A stretch of 64,000 nucleotides of DNA from Rhizophagus irregularis (lineage: Eukaryota), in the NCBI RefSeq assembly GCF_026210795.1, contig NC_089431.1, forward strand, positions 1,860,001-1,924,000, written 5' to 3'. Positions 14,363-25,465 of the stretch are shown piece after piece. The notes under the pieces were generated by a model. The model ran no database searches. It saw only the letters and a list, made by a program, of their open reading frames with translations, and was not told the DNA's origin. The translations under genes and the position numbers were made by a program. Position 1 is the stretch's first letter; every line of letters starts with the position of its first letter.

Positions 14363-16471
14363 TTAGAAATATCTTTTCCAACCTTTAAGTACACCAAGTT
14401 CTTGAAATTTTTCAAAAACTCGTAAATGATCATCAAAAATATCGGTTTCCATATGATACCAAATAAATAATGGTTTTTTATCTTTCCATTGTTGTAAAAA
14501 ATCATTTAAAATTCTCACGTTAATTTTCCAACCTTCACCAAAATTTAATACGGTAAAATTATCATCAACATAATTTAATAAAGTATTAAAAATAAAAGAT
14601 AAAGTAGAATCATCATCTATATCATTATTTCCTAATAAATTATCAGCGAATATTAATGTGATCTCTTTTAAATTTCGACAAGATTTAATTAAACTTTCAA
14701 AATCATTTTTATATTCATCCGAATACCATACTTTTACCACCTCTAAATTTGGACAATATCTTATTAATGATTGATAATATGATTTAATATGTTCAGATTT
14801 CGGTATCAATGTATCTGTTTCAATATTTATTTGTTTTAATAATAATCCATTATTAATAACTTGTTGTTGTTGTTCTCGATGTTGCTGTTGCTCTTCTTCA
14901 TCTTCTTGTTGTTGTTGCTGATGATGATGCTGCTGCTGCTGTTCAATCTGAGCCTGTACTTGATCCTGCTGATCCTGTTGTTCATTCTCACTATCATGTT
15001 CATTTTCAGTTTCATTTTCAATATTTTCATTCTCATGTTCATTTTCATTTTCTTCGGTTGTGATTATAGTAGTAGTAGTAGAAGAAGTACCTTCAATCAA
15101 TTTAATAACATATTCAAATTCACTATCCACAATCCCATCAATAATTAAACATTCAAGATCTAACCAATTAATATGTTCCAAATTACTTAAATCTCTTGTA
15201 AGAAGAGAACTATTATTACGTACCCCAACCAAACCAATCCTATTAAAAATATTATTATTGTTATTGTTGTTGTTGTTGTTGTTATTGTTGATATTGTTGA
15301 TATTGTTGTTAATTTGATTTGGATTTGGATTATAAGGATGACAATAAAAACCTTTAAATTCAAATCTTTTAATATTTGATAATTGATTCAAAATTTTTGA
15401 AGAGATAAAAATATTTTCTTTAAAGATGATAGTTTTTAAAGAATATTTATGTTTTAATAAACTTCTTCCAATAAATTTATTAAATTCCCTTTTAAATTCT
15501 CTTATATAATTACTATTATCACCACCAATACCAACACCAATACCATTACCAAGATAATTAAAATTTGGACAATAAAATTCAATTTCTTTTAAACCATTTT
15601 GTTTTAATATAAAATTTGATATACTACGATTTATACCATTACCAACACTTTCAGCGACACCATTCTTATAATTTAAGGTTAATTTTTCTAAATTTTGACA
15701 AACAGAACTTAAATCTTCAAATATCAAAGTACCCAAATCCACAGGTGAACATTCCAAATGAGATAAACAATTTAATCTTAATAAAGCATCAGAATAAATG
15801 AATATTGGAAATATTGGATGTTCAATATGTTTTAATGTTATATTATATTTCATAAATATTTTCCATAATTCTTTTTCTAATAAAGTTTCATTATGAGTGA
15901 AAGAAAATTTTGGTGGTAAAGTCATCATAGTGGTTGATTTACGATCAATAAAAGGGTTTGATAATAAACATGTAATTAATTTATGAACAGATTCTGTTGA
16001 TATATATTGAATAAATTCAATATAATTAAACATTGGTTTCTTTTCATCTCCTTTTAATTTAAAATTGAATTGTGAATTTGAATAATTATAATAATTATAA
16101 TAATGATTATCTAATCTATTATTATAATTATTATTATTATTATTGTTATTGTTATTGTTATTGATATAATTGTAATTATCATAGTTGTTATTATTGTTAA
16201 ATAAATTATTAATATTTTCCAAATTTTTTTGTAAAAATTCCAAGTTCTCTTCAGGGATACAATAAAATATTGTACGACTTAAGGAATTCCATTGATTTTG
16301 ATTAAATTTAAAAGAGAAATCATCATGTAAAGGTTTTTTCCATAATATTGGTATCGCAGTTTGACACCAAATTCTGTTAACCAATAAACAAGAATAAAGT
16401 GATTTTGTATCATTTGTTAATTTTTCAAGAATTTCTAATAAACAATCTAATGGAAGTTGGGGACATCCCAT
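14363..16471 (-). CDS. F-box-like/LRR (RNI-like) protein with poly-Asn and Gln/Glu/His-rich inserts, 702 aa
   Basis: N-terminal LPLDCLLEILEKL...LYSCLLVNRIWCQTAIPILWKKP F-box-like motif and LRR-like repeats (CQNLEKLTL, CPNLEVV, CRNLKEI), in a single long ORF. Confidence 0.9.
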   Translation of the reverse strand: MGCPQLPLDCLLEILEKLTNDTKSLYSCLLVNRIWCQTAIPILWKKPLHDDFSFKFNQNQWNSLSRTIFYCIPEENLEFLQKNLENINNLFNNNNNYDNYNYINNNNNNNNNNNNYNNRLDNHYYNYYNYSNSQFNFKLKGDEKKPMFNYIEFIQYISTESVHKLITCLLSNPFIDRKSTTMMTLPPKFSFTHNETLLEKELWKIFMKYNITLKHIEHPIFPIFIYSDALLRLNCLSHLECSPVDLGTLIFEDLSSVCQNLEKLTLNYKNGVAESVGNGINRSISNFILKQNGLKEIEFYCPNFNYLGNGIGVGIGGDNSNYIREFKREFNKFIGRSLLKHKYSLKTIIFKENIFISSKILNQLSNIKRFEFKGFYCHPYNPNPNQINNNINNINNNNNNNNNNNNNIFNRIGLVGVRNNSSLLTRDLSNLEHINWLDLECLIIDGIVDSEFEYVIKLIEGTSSTTTTIITTEENENEHENENIENETENEHDSENEQQDQQDQVQAQIEQQQQHHHQQQQQEDEEEQQQHREQQQQVINNGLLLKQINIETDTLIPKSEHIKSYYQSLIRYCPNLEVVKVWYSDEYKNDFESLIKSCRNLKEITLIFADNLLGNNDIDDDSTLSFIFNTLLNYVDDNFTVLNFGEGWKINVRILNDFLQQWKDKKPLFIWYHMETDIFDDHLRVFEKFQELGVLKGWKRYF

Positions 16472-17233
16472 GTTTATTTATAAGATTTTTGGGGGAGAGA
16501 TTAAGATAAAGGAGAAAAAAAAAAAAAAAAATTTTTTTTTTTATAGTAATATAAAAATAATATATGTGTATATATATAAAAATGGATGTTTAATAAACAA
16601 GATTTAAGATAAACAAATAAATTTTTATTTGATTTCAAATTATAACAGGTAAAGAAAAAAATATATAAAGAAAAAGAGATTTCCCTTTTTTTTTTGGTAC
16701 TAAAAAAAAAAAAAAAAAGAACCTTTCAAACGCTATAAGGAAAATTTAAAGTTTATATTTATGGTTACACATTTATCTTTTTTTATCATTTTCATCAAGA
16801 TTTACTTTGTCATATAATTTTGCCGCCCCTACTTGGAATTCATACTCCGATTTTGCCTATTACGATATCTGATATGGGAATTAACTTGTGGATCATAATG
16901 ACTAAATGGGTTACGTAACTTAATAATATTGACGCAGCATTAAAAAAAACTGCGTAATCAAACCGAATATATAATATACAAATAAACCAACATACAATGT
17001 ACCCCTTACAACCCATTTTCGGCCTAAAAATATATTTAGCACGTAAAACATAAATTCCCATATCGTATTTTCTTTACAAATTTATTTTATTCAAGAATTT
17101 CTGAAAGTACGGGAAAATGTTTACATAAACATTCTCTGAATTTACACAAAGCACAATACTTGGTATCCTTTACCCAAAATTTAATTTGTTAGGAACAAAG
17201 CAATAATCACAAATCAAATTATATATAATATAT

Positions 17234-17713
17234 TTAATTATAACTTACTAATAATTTCTTAAAAGTTCCATTTTTTGGAACTTTAATGTGCGTAATTCCA
17301 TTTTCTACCTCCTTAACAATTTTATCAGAGTTCATATCAGGAGATAATAAAATTGGACGAACAAAAGCTTGATATCGACGACCTTTTTCCGGTGATGAAG
17401 TATTAGAATGATGTTTTCTTTTTCCAAATAATACTAGAATGTGATCAAAGACTTTATATTCGATATCGAAATCCTATATATGTGTGTGAAGTACATTCGC
17501 GTTACTTAAAATTTTAATTCTAGACATCGTAATAAAAATAATTCATACGTGTAAATCGATTTTGATATCAAGTTCTTCATAACTATTAGAAGTAATAATT
17601 CCGTTGGAACATCGAGAAGCATCCTCATCTATTTCAAAATTATCAAAATCATCAATCTTATTATGAGTCTCTTTTTCAGACTTTTCAGTTTTTTCAGTTT
17701 TTTGAACTTCCAT
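17234..17713 (-). CDS. Small heat-shock (HSP20/alpha-crystallin domain)-like protein, 134 aa; exons 17713-17549 and 17473-17234 (absent from the ORF track)
   Basis: ATG at 17713 after an A-run, and a 75-nt GTATGA..TAG intron. The spliced protein ends ...ILVLFGKRK...GRRYQAFVRPILLSPDMNSDKIVKEVENGITHIKVPK, matching the alpha-crystallin consensus (F.R...LP..vD...I.A...NGvL.I.vPK). Confidence 0.75.
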
Positions 17714-17749
17714 TTTTTTTAAGAAAAATAATAAATAACGAAAATAATG

Positions 17750-17782
<33 letters not shown>

Positions 17783-18370
17783 TGCATATCATATTACCCG
17801 TAAAAGTTTACATGACATATAATCAATTACATCATGAGTAAGAAATAGGAAAAAATGGCGTAAAAAAAGTAAAAAAAAGTTAAACTATTTTAACTTTTTA
17901 ACTATTTTATAACGAATGAGAAAATTTTAATTGGTCATATGATATACACTGACAATCACAATGTATTATGCTCTTTATTAAAATAAGTTTATATTTACAT
18001 AACATATATTTTAAGTTATTTATATTACAAATTGAACAACCTAAATCGCATGATAAAATTAAATAATGTTTCACTTTATTTAGCCACACATTTTTTTAAT
18101 GTTTATACTCAAATAAGAAATATATTTTTTTTTTGTAAAATTCAAGTAAAAAGAACACATCCTTTATGTTTACAAACTTGGAGCATTACTTTATTATGAA
18201 CTTTTCGACTGAAATAATTTTTTTTTTTCTCTCCTCAAAATGAACATTTTTTATTTTTAGTTTTCTTTTACCAATTAAAATACATGAGCCAAAATTAGAT
18301 ATTTGAGTTTTTAGGCACGTGCCAAGACACTGCATAGAAAATATTCACACGGAAATACAAGATTACAAAC

Positions 18371-18378
18371 TATATAAA
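18371..18378 (+). promoter_or_regulatory. TATA box (TATATAAA), preceded by a CACGTG E-box at 18316, upstream of the 69-aa ORF
   Basis: Canonical TATATAAAG ~170 bp upstream of the ATG at 18539, followed by a pyrimidine/AT-rich leader. Confidence 0.45.
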
Positions 18379-18538
18379 GGTGAGATTTTGGACAGTGATT
18401 CTTTAAGAAAAAAAAAAATTTTTTCTCGTCAATTCCTTTTCTTTTTTCTTTTCCCCCCTTCATTAAAAAGAAATCTTTAATTTCCTATACGCGAAAAAAA
18501 AACAAATTTTTTTTTTATTAATAAATATAACTCTTAAT

Positions 18539-18748
18539 ATGATTAACGTTACAAAATTCGCACTTCTCGTTATCGTTCCGTTATTAATTTATAATACAAT
18601 TCCTTCGTTCACTGAAATGAATTTCGATTTCAATCAAATAATATTAGGACCAAAATCTGAAGGAGTCAAAATAACCAGTTTCAATAATTGGGTTGACCCT
18701 ATACCTTCCATGTTGGTTATGCTCGATGAAATTGGCTGGTTTCCTTAA
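18539..18748 (+). CDS. 69-aa protein with a hydrophobic N-terminal signal/anchor; putative small secreted or membrane protein
   Basis: True ATG, K followed by FALLVIVPLLIY, and more balanced composition than the flanks. A TATA box lies upstream and an AT-rich 3'UTR-like tract downstream. Confidence 0.55.
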   Translation: MINVTKFALLVIVPLLIYNTIPSFTEMNFDFNQIILGPKSEGVKITSFNNWVDPIPSMLVMLDEIGWFP

Positions 18749-21700
18749 AAGAATTTTGTATCGTACTCAACCCAGTAATACAACAAAAAATATGACAATA
18801 TATAAGACATTTACGCTACGCAAATTTTAATGGACAAATAGAAAAAAAACCTCATTATTTTTAGAAGGAAGGGATGGGAATTTAGAGGGGGAAGTAATGT
18901 AATAATAATAATAGTAATAGTAAATTTTTTTTTTTCTTCTTATAACGTTAGTAATAGTAATTAAATAATAATAATAGATTTTATTATATATATATATTTC
19001 TGTTATCCAGTTTGTATATATATAAATAAATATATATAATTTTTTTTTCTTCTTATTTTTAATTTTTTCTTTTATTTTTTTTCCTCTGTGATATTATTTA
19101 TCACGAATTAAAAAAAATTCCTTAACAAATAAACTTTACACTAATCTATAACTACCTTACAATGTGAAATTTACACTTTTTCTTGGCAATCTCTTGGCAT
19201 AAAGTTTCTTTCAAAAGTAAATATTACATACTTACATGTTACAATGCATTTTATATACATAATGTTATACGAAAAAAATTGATCATTTAAAGTTTGAAAT
19301 TTTAGACCTTGTGACCTTTTATTATTGAAAAAAAGAATGAAAATATATGGAATGAACGAAAAAAAGATTACGGGAATGAAAATCTATTTATTTATAGGTT
19401 AGGTTGTACTACCATCTCCCTAATCAAATATTAACACAAGAAAAAATTGAAATATTGAATACTGTAACGTAAATAAAAGAATTTTTACTGTGGCTAAATT
19501 TTGTCAGCCCTTCAAAAAATGTTTTGATTAATAATCAACAGGATCTTCCGTAAATCCTCTCAAAGTCTAATGCATGCAATAAAATATTCTTTTTTTCTTC
19601 TATTTTTCTTCTTTTTTCGATCTTTCTTTATTGAACACCTTTATTAATTTAGATAATAATAGATATTAGTTCATACAAATGGTATTCGTACAAAATCCTG
19701 AATGTCTAACCAAAATTAGGATACTAAATATCATTATTAAATGAATATATTACTATATATATAAAAATGATTAACAAATAACAAATTAAAATGAATCGCC
19801 CAATTCCTTGTCAATTTTCACATGAACTTGTGAACTTCATTACCTTATACGTCTTTAAAAGTAAAAGAGATTTTTTAATAATCTGGTAAAGAAATCGAGT
19901 GGTGTATTAGCATATAAAATAATGGATGATTAATAAGGGTATAAAGAATCGGGTGGTGTAAATTGTAAAATAATGGATGATGTTGGTAGTCGGCAATTTA
20001 AGCAGCGCATTGATAGAAACCAGCTATTACTCAAAGCATTACAAATCCCCGTATAATTCCCGTATAATTAATAGATTGATAAAATATTAGAGATAAATTT
20101 AAATAAAGCTCGTACCAACTAATACGTAACACTATTAAAGTACAAATATTTTATACAATATGACAAACTCTTTCTGATTGGTCGCCAATATAACGCAAGA
20201 CGCCTTTTAAGTAATTTTACTTGATTGTTACCCGAATAAGATTTCAAATGTCAAATTTATGCATTACATATTTCATCAGAGTCATTAATAATGTAATTTA
20301 TTTTCTTTCGAATTACTCTTCATTTATATAATGCACTATACGTTCATATTGCGTCAATGACTCACTTTAACTGTTAACCAATAATTCGTCAAGACAGTCC
20401 TTTAAAACCATAGAACGCAGTTATGACCTTGATTTAAGGAATAATCAATGTAAGAATTTGTTAATTTAAAAATTGTTATATATTTGAAATATATCATGAT
20501 GAAGCCTACGTGTTGCTGCACCTATATATGTAAACGAATTTCTTTGATCGAAATAATTTATTTTATATTTTTCGAAGCAACGAGTGCCTTTTGTTTTAAT
20601 GTGCTTTGTTGCCCATGACACATGATGACGTGGTGTAACCATTGCTTTTTTTTATGTAAAACAAGGTTTCCCGCAACGTGCGCCCATACGATCGGCTGTA
20701 ATGAATAAACAAAGTAATCATTTTTTTTTAAAATTAATTCGATATTCCATTATATTCTAAAATGAATAAATAATGTGATTTACATACGCTAAAACATTCA
20801 CATTGTTAATCAAATACCATAAAAATTCCATGGAAATACCATATTAAGTTATCATTCTGTTGTCAAAAGCGAGATGGTTATGACTAAAAATTGTTTCATT
20901 TTATGTTAAAATATTTTTAAAAATAATTAAAATAATTATAATAATTATATAATAATAGTAATAACCTCATATCACGAATTTTCAAAAAGGCTTCGAATTT
21001 TTGAAATATTAATTTCTTAATTTGAAAATTCTTTCCTTGAAAAATGAAATTTTTTTAAACAATCAAATCATTATATTTTTATATTTTTTACTCGTTTTAG
21101 ATGAAGTCCGGTCGATCAACGTCATCATAACAAAAGTTTACCTTATATGATCAATTTATGTAACACACAAAAAAAAAGTCGGGTCACGAACAAATTCTAT
21201 AAATATACGAACTTTTTTTTTTTGAACCTTCTACCCCAAATATACGAAACATATAAAAACGTGTCTTTCGTGTCCAAGAAGATAAATTATATATTGATTA
21301 AATATAAGAATTATTCGAAATGATTCATAAATTTTTTCGTGATGTTTGCAATTTCGATCTTCCCAATTTCGATCTTTACAATTTCTCAAGTATTGATTTT
21401 TTTTTTTATATATAATTTTAAAAATTTGAAAAAAAAAAATAGAGTTTTTAAATTATTATAATAGGAATTTAAATACTCTTCTTTTTCTTTTTCTTAAATA
21501 ATAATAAGCTGAGCATCATCGGGTTATTCATGATGCTTGCAATCTTCCCAATTTCATTCATTATAATTTCTCAGGTACACCCGTTCACATAAGTGACAAT
21601 AATTATTTCGGCACTGAGAATTATTATACAGAACAGATCTCTAATCAAAACACACCTCCTAAGCAATACGTTTCGTTAAGAGAGATTGAAAATAATATGG

Positions 21701-22066
21701 TATCTCCGATGAACAAAGTAAGCAGAAAACATTTTGTAATCATACAGAATGTAATTCTGAAAATTAATAGTATGGAGTGTTCGTATTTATCCAGTTATTA
21801 AAATAGCAGATAACGCATCGCGTTTCAATTCTCTAACTAAAGCGCATCACACCGAACTTTCGGTATTTATTGTTGAATTTCAACAAGGACAGGTTTTCAT
21901 TACACCCCGAAACCATTTTTAAGGTTAGGGTTAGGTTAGGTTAAAAATTTCAAACGTTACAAAATATAGAAAAAAATAACTTACATGAATTATAATAACC
22001 TCCTGAAAATTCCGATGAGTTAAGGTAGATCATATTAATCAAGTTACTATTCGTTATGATGATCCT

Positions 22067-22659
22067 ATGACGTCTTCTCGCATGGATGGTACCATGAATT
22101 ATTTCCTCAGTGATCAAAGTAAGTACTTAATTTTTTTATAAAAAAAAAAACATTACAACCTTATAATTAATATATTGAATTTTCATATTTAATAGTACAA
22201 TCACAAGTTTATGTTAATGGAATTAAATTCCTTAAATCTAATAAAAAGGTAAATCTATTAGCGCCCGTCATTCTATACAAATTAACATTTTTAATATATT
22301 TGATATTACAAATTTATTTATTTAATAAAATTTTCCATTAGAATTATCAGATAGTAAATGAACCGATGAATCCTGATAAAATTAAATTTCTTTGTAATTA
22401 TCCTGGATGTACGAAACATTTTAAGGATAATCATCATTTAAAAGTTCATCAGAGAAAACATACGGGAGAAAAACCATTCACTTGTGATTATCAAGGATGC
22501 AAAAGAAGATTTTCTCAAAAGAATAACTTGAAGACACATCAGAGGATACATAAAGGCGAAAGACCTTACGAATGTGAAGTTTGTCATAAAACGTTTAGGC
22601 AGCCAACTAATTTGAATGCGCATCGTAAAAGGATTCATGAACCTTTTTTATTGTGGTGA
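22067..22659 (+). CDS. C2H2 zinc-finger transcription factor (3 fingers); 5' end uncertain, may extend to ~21320
   Basis: Fingers CNYPGC..H..H, CDYQGC..H..H and CEVC..H...H with HTGEKPF/HKGERPY linkers. Two short upstream exons splice in frame (MTSSRMDGTMNYFLSDQ|IQSQVYVNGIKFLKSNKK|NYQIVNEPM). Confidence 0.85.
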
Positions 22660-23039
22660 ACAAAATGTCACATAAATTTCTTACTTTTTTGTAGAAATAA
22701 TTTATTATTTTTTTTTTATATTTAAAGTATAATATTTATTATTATGTATTATTTATTACTTTTTGAAATTTGTTATTACTCAAACCTACCGTATTTTTTT
22801 TTTAGAGATAATGGGCAAGGCATTTTACCATATTTGATGATTGTTATACATACAAATTTGATTATACAAAATTTGTTTAACGTTTCACCAATAATTAAAT
22901 TAAAATCACTCGGTCTTTATACTCCGATTTCACTTTTTAATCTTTCAATCAAATTTTATTTTTTCTTTAAAAATCAAGAAAAAAATTCTTTTATTTTAAT
23001 TTATTTAATTTATTTTTTTTTATAATAAAAAAAAACATT

Positions 23040-25465
23040 ATGTCTGATCCAATTTCCCGTGTATCTGATACTGCAACTAATGGTCTTGCAATAGCAGCAA
23101 CCGTATCGAAAGAAGCTGCTGTAGTAGCTGATGTTTTAACACCATTTATTCCATTAATATCAGAAATAGCGCATATAGTACAAGATATTATTAATCTTTA
23201 TCAAACTGCTGAACATAATAAAAGAATATGTGGTTCTTTATTATCAAGGGCTACAGCAGCTGAAACTGCTGTTAATATGTTAAAAATACGTAGACTTGAA
23301 AATGAGGATGTATTTAAATCAAAAGAATATTATAGAAATTTTCAAAAATTAGTTATGGTTATTGGTAAAATTAAAAATTTTATATCAGAAGTATCTCAAA
23401 TTAAAGGGTTAAGAAAATTTTTAGCTGCTCATTCTATTGAAGAACAATTTCGTAATTTAACTGAAGAATTTGATGGTTTAATGCGTGTATTAAATTTTAC
23501 TATGGCCGTACAAAATCAAATTCAAATGGAAGAAGATCAAAAAGTAATTAGATCGGATATTAAAGAAATGACTAAAGTAAGTTTTTATAAAATTTATTTT
23601 ATTTTATTTTATGTTTGTTATTGTAAAATTGATTTTTTTTTCACTTTTTTTTTTTAGTATTTACAAACAATTGAAGGTGGTATCGTTAATGAATTGAAAG
23701 AAATTAGTTCTTCATTAGATGATATTACTCAACTTAATATAGCTTGGCAAAAAAAGGTTTTACATGATGATGATAATGTTTTAGCATCCGCAACAATTAA
23801 GATTACGGAATTACATGATCCTCCTGAAACGGTAAAAAGAGGAACAAAAGTTTATAAAAAAATTCGTATGGGAGAGGAAGTAGCTATTAAAGAAAAAATT
23901 TTGGGAAATGATGAAAAGAAACTTATGAATGATATCCTTAGTCAAGTGGTTATTTTAAAGAAATTAAAAGAATCTCAATATATTCTTCAATTTTATGGTA
24001 TTGCACAAGATGCTAGTGCAATGTATATGGTAACAGAATGGTGTGAATATGGTAATTTACAAGAATATTATCAAGGTTATGGTCCTCTTGATTGGCATGT
24101 AAAAACTCAACTTGCTGTTGATGTCGCTCGTGGGTTAACTTTTTTACATACTGTGGCCATTTTACATCATGATATTCGTTCTGAGAATATTCTTATCACT
24201 ATTCATCATCAAGCGAAACTTGCTAATTTTACTTTAAGTCGTGGATTTAATGATCCTACTAAAAACATGATGCCTACAATTGATACTGTTAGATGGATGG
24301 CACCTGAAAAATTGAGAGATCATAGAAAAAATCCTTATACTGCTAAATGTGAAATTTATAGGTAATGAATCATTAAAAAAAATTTTTTCAATTTTTTATT
24401 TTTTTTTTCTATCATTTAAAATTGATTTTTTTTTTATGTAAAAAAGTTTTGGTATGTTATTATGGGAAATTGCAGAGGAAAAATTGCCCTTTCATAATGA
24501 AAAAGATATATTAGAAATTAGAAACCTTGTCGTACAAAAAATGGTTCGTCCGGTATTTAACAATAGTGTTCCACATGAATGGGTTAAAATTTCTCATAAA
24601 GGTATCGAAAGATTTATTACAAATTTATCCTTTCTGTTTATTAGTTTATTTTTTTATTAAAATAATCTTTTTTTTTTAAATAGCATTACAGGATAGCCCA
24701 TCCGCGCGTCCCCCACTTAAAGATATGTTCATGACACTTAATCATCTTTATAGAAAATTCTTACCTTCTCAACCTATAAGACCAACTTTAGTAAAATTAC
24801 CAACAGAAGAAGATTTACCAAGTGATGATGATGATGATTTCGCTATCGAAGATTTTTCTGCTAATAATATTTTAACAGTTAGGGAAGCAGTATTAGAACA
24901 TAAAAGGAGAGATGGTGATAAATTAAAGGCCTGGGAAAGTTTCAAATATTATGCTGAAGAATTTAGTGATGTTACAGCAAGGTATTTAAATCTTTATTTC
25001 GTTTGATCTTTAATGATGATATTTTTTATTTTGTTTTATTATATTTATTTATTAATTTATTATTTATTTAATAGTTATTGGAAAGGATATTATTTATATT
25101 ATGGACTTAGTCCAATTAATAATCCTTCAGATACAGAAGAAAAGAGACAGAGATTAGTAGAAGCAGCCAAATTATTTAAATCTGCAGCAGATTTTGGATT
25201 ACCGGATGCTCAATTAAGATATGGTCATTGTTTATGGTCAGGTGATGGCGTGAAGAAAAGTATTCCACAAGCAATTGAATATTTTCAATTGTCTGCCGAT
25301 AATGAGAATTCTACTGCCATGTATAATATTGGTAACGTTTATTATCACGGTCTTGGCGTGACAAAAGATGATGAAAAAGGGATAAAATATTTAAGATTAG
25401 CTGCATTAAGGGAACAACCTAAAGCTCTTGAAATGTGTAAACAGAAGGGTATCTCTTTAGTTTAG
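23040..25465 (+). CDS. MLKL-like N-terminal helical bundle + TKL-type pseudokinase + Sel1-like repeats; exons 23040-23576, 23658-24361, 24447-24601, 24684-24981, 25075-25465
   Basis: The N-terminus (LISEIAHIVQDIINLYQTAEHNKRICGSL..R) resembles the MLKL NTD. The kinase has VAIK, HHDIRSEN, ANFTLS, RWMAPE and IYSFGMLLWEI. Sel1 repeats include AADFGLPDAQLRYG and SADNENSTAMYNIGNVYYHGLGV. All four introns are GT-AG and frame-consistent. Confidence 0.9.

Noticed and set aside
14836..15801. Leu/Ile-rich or alternative-frame ORFs (14836, 14861, 15060, 15616)
   Set aside because: Shadows of the trinucleotide repeats and coding strand of the F-box gene.
21923..21943. Telomere-like GGTTAGGGTTAGGTTAGGTTA
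   Set aside because: Only one perfect TTAGGG unit, too short to call an interstitial telomere.
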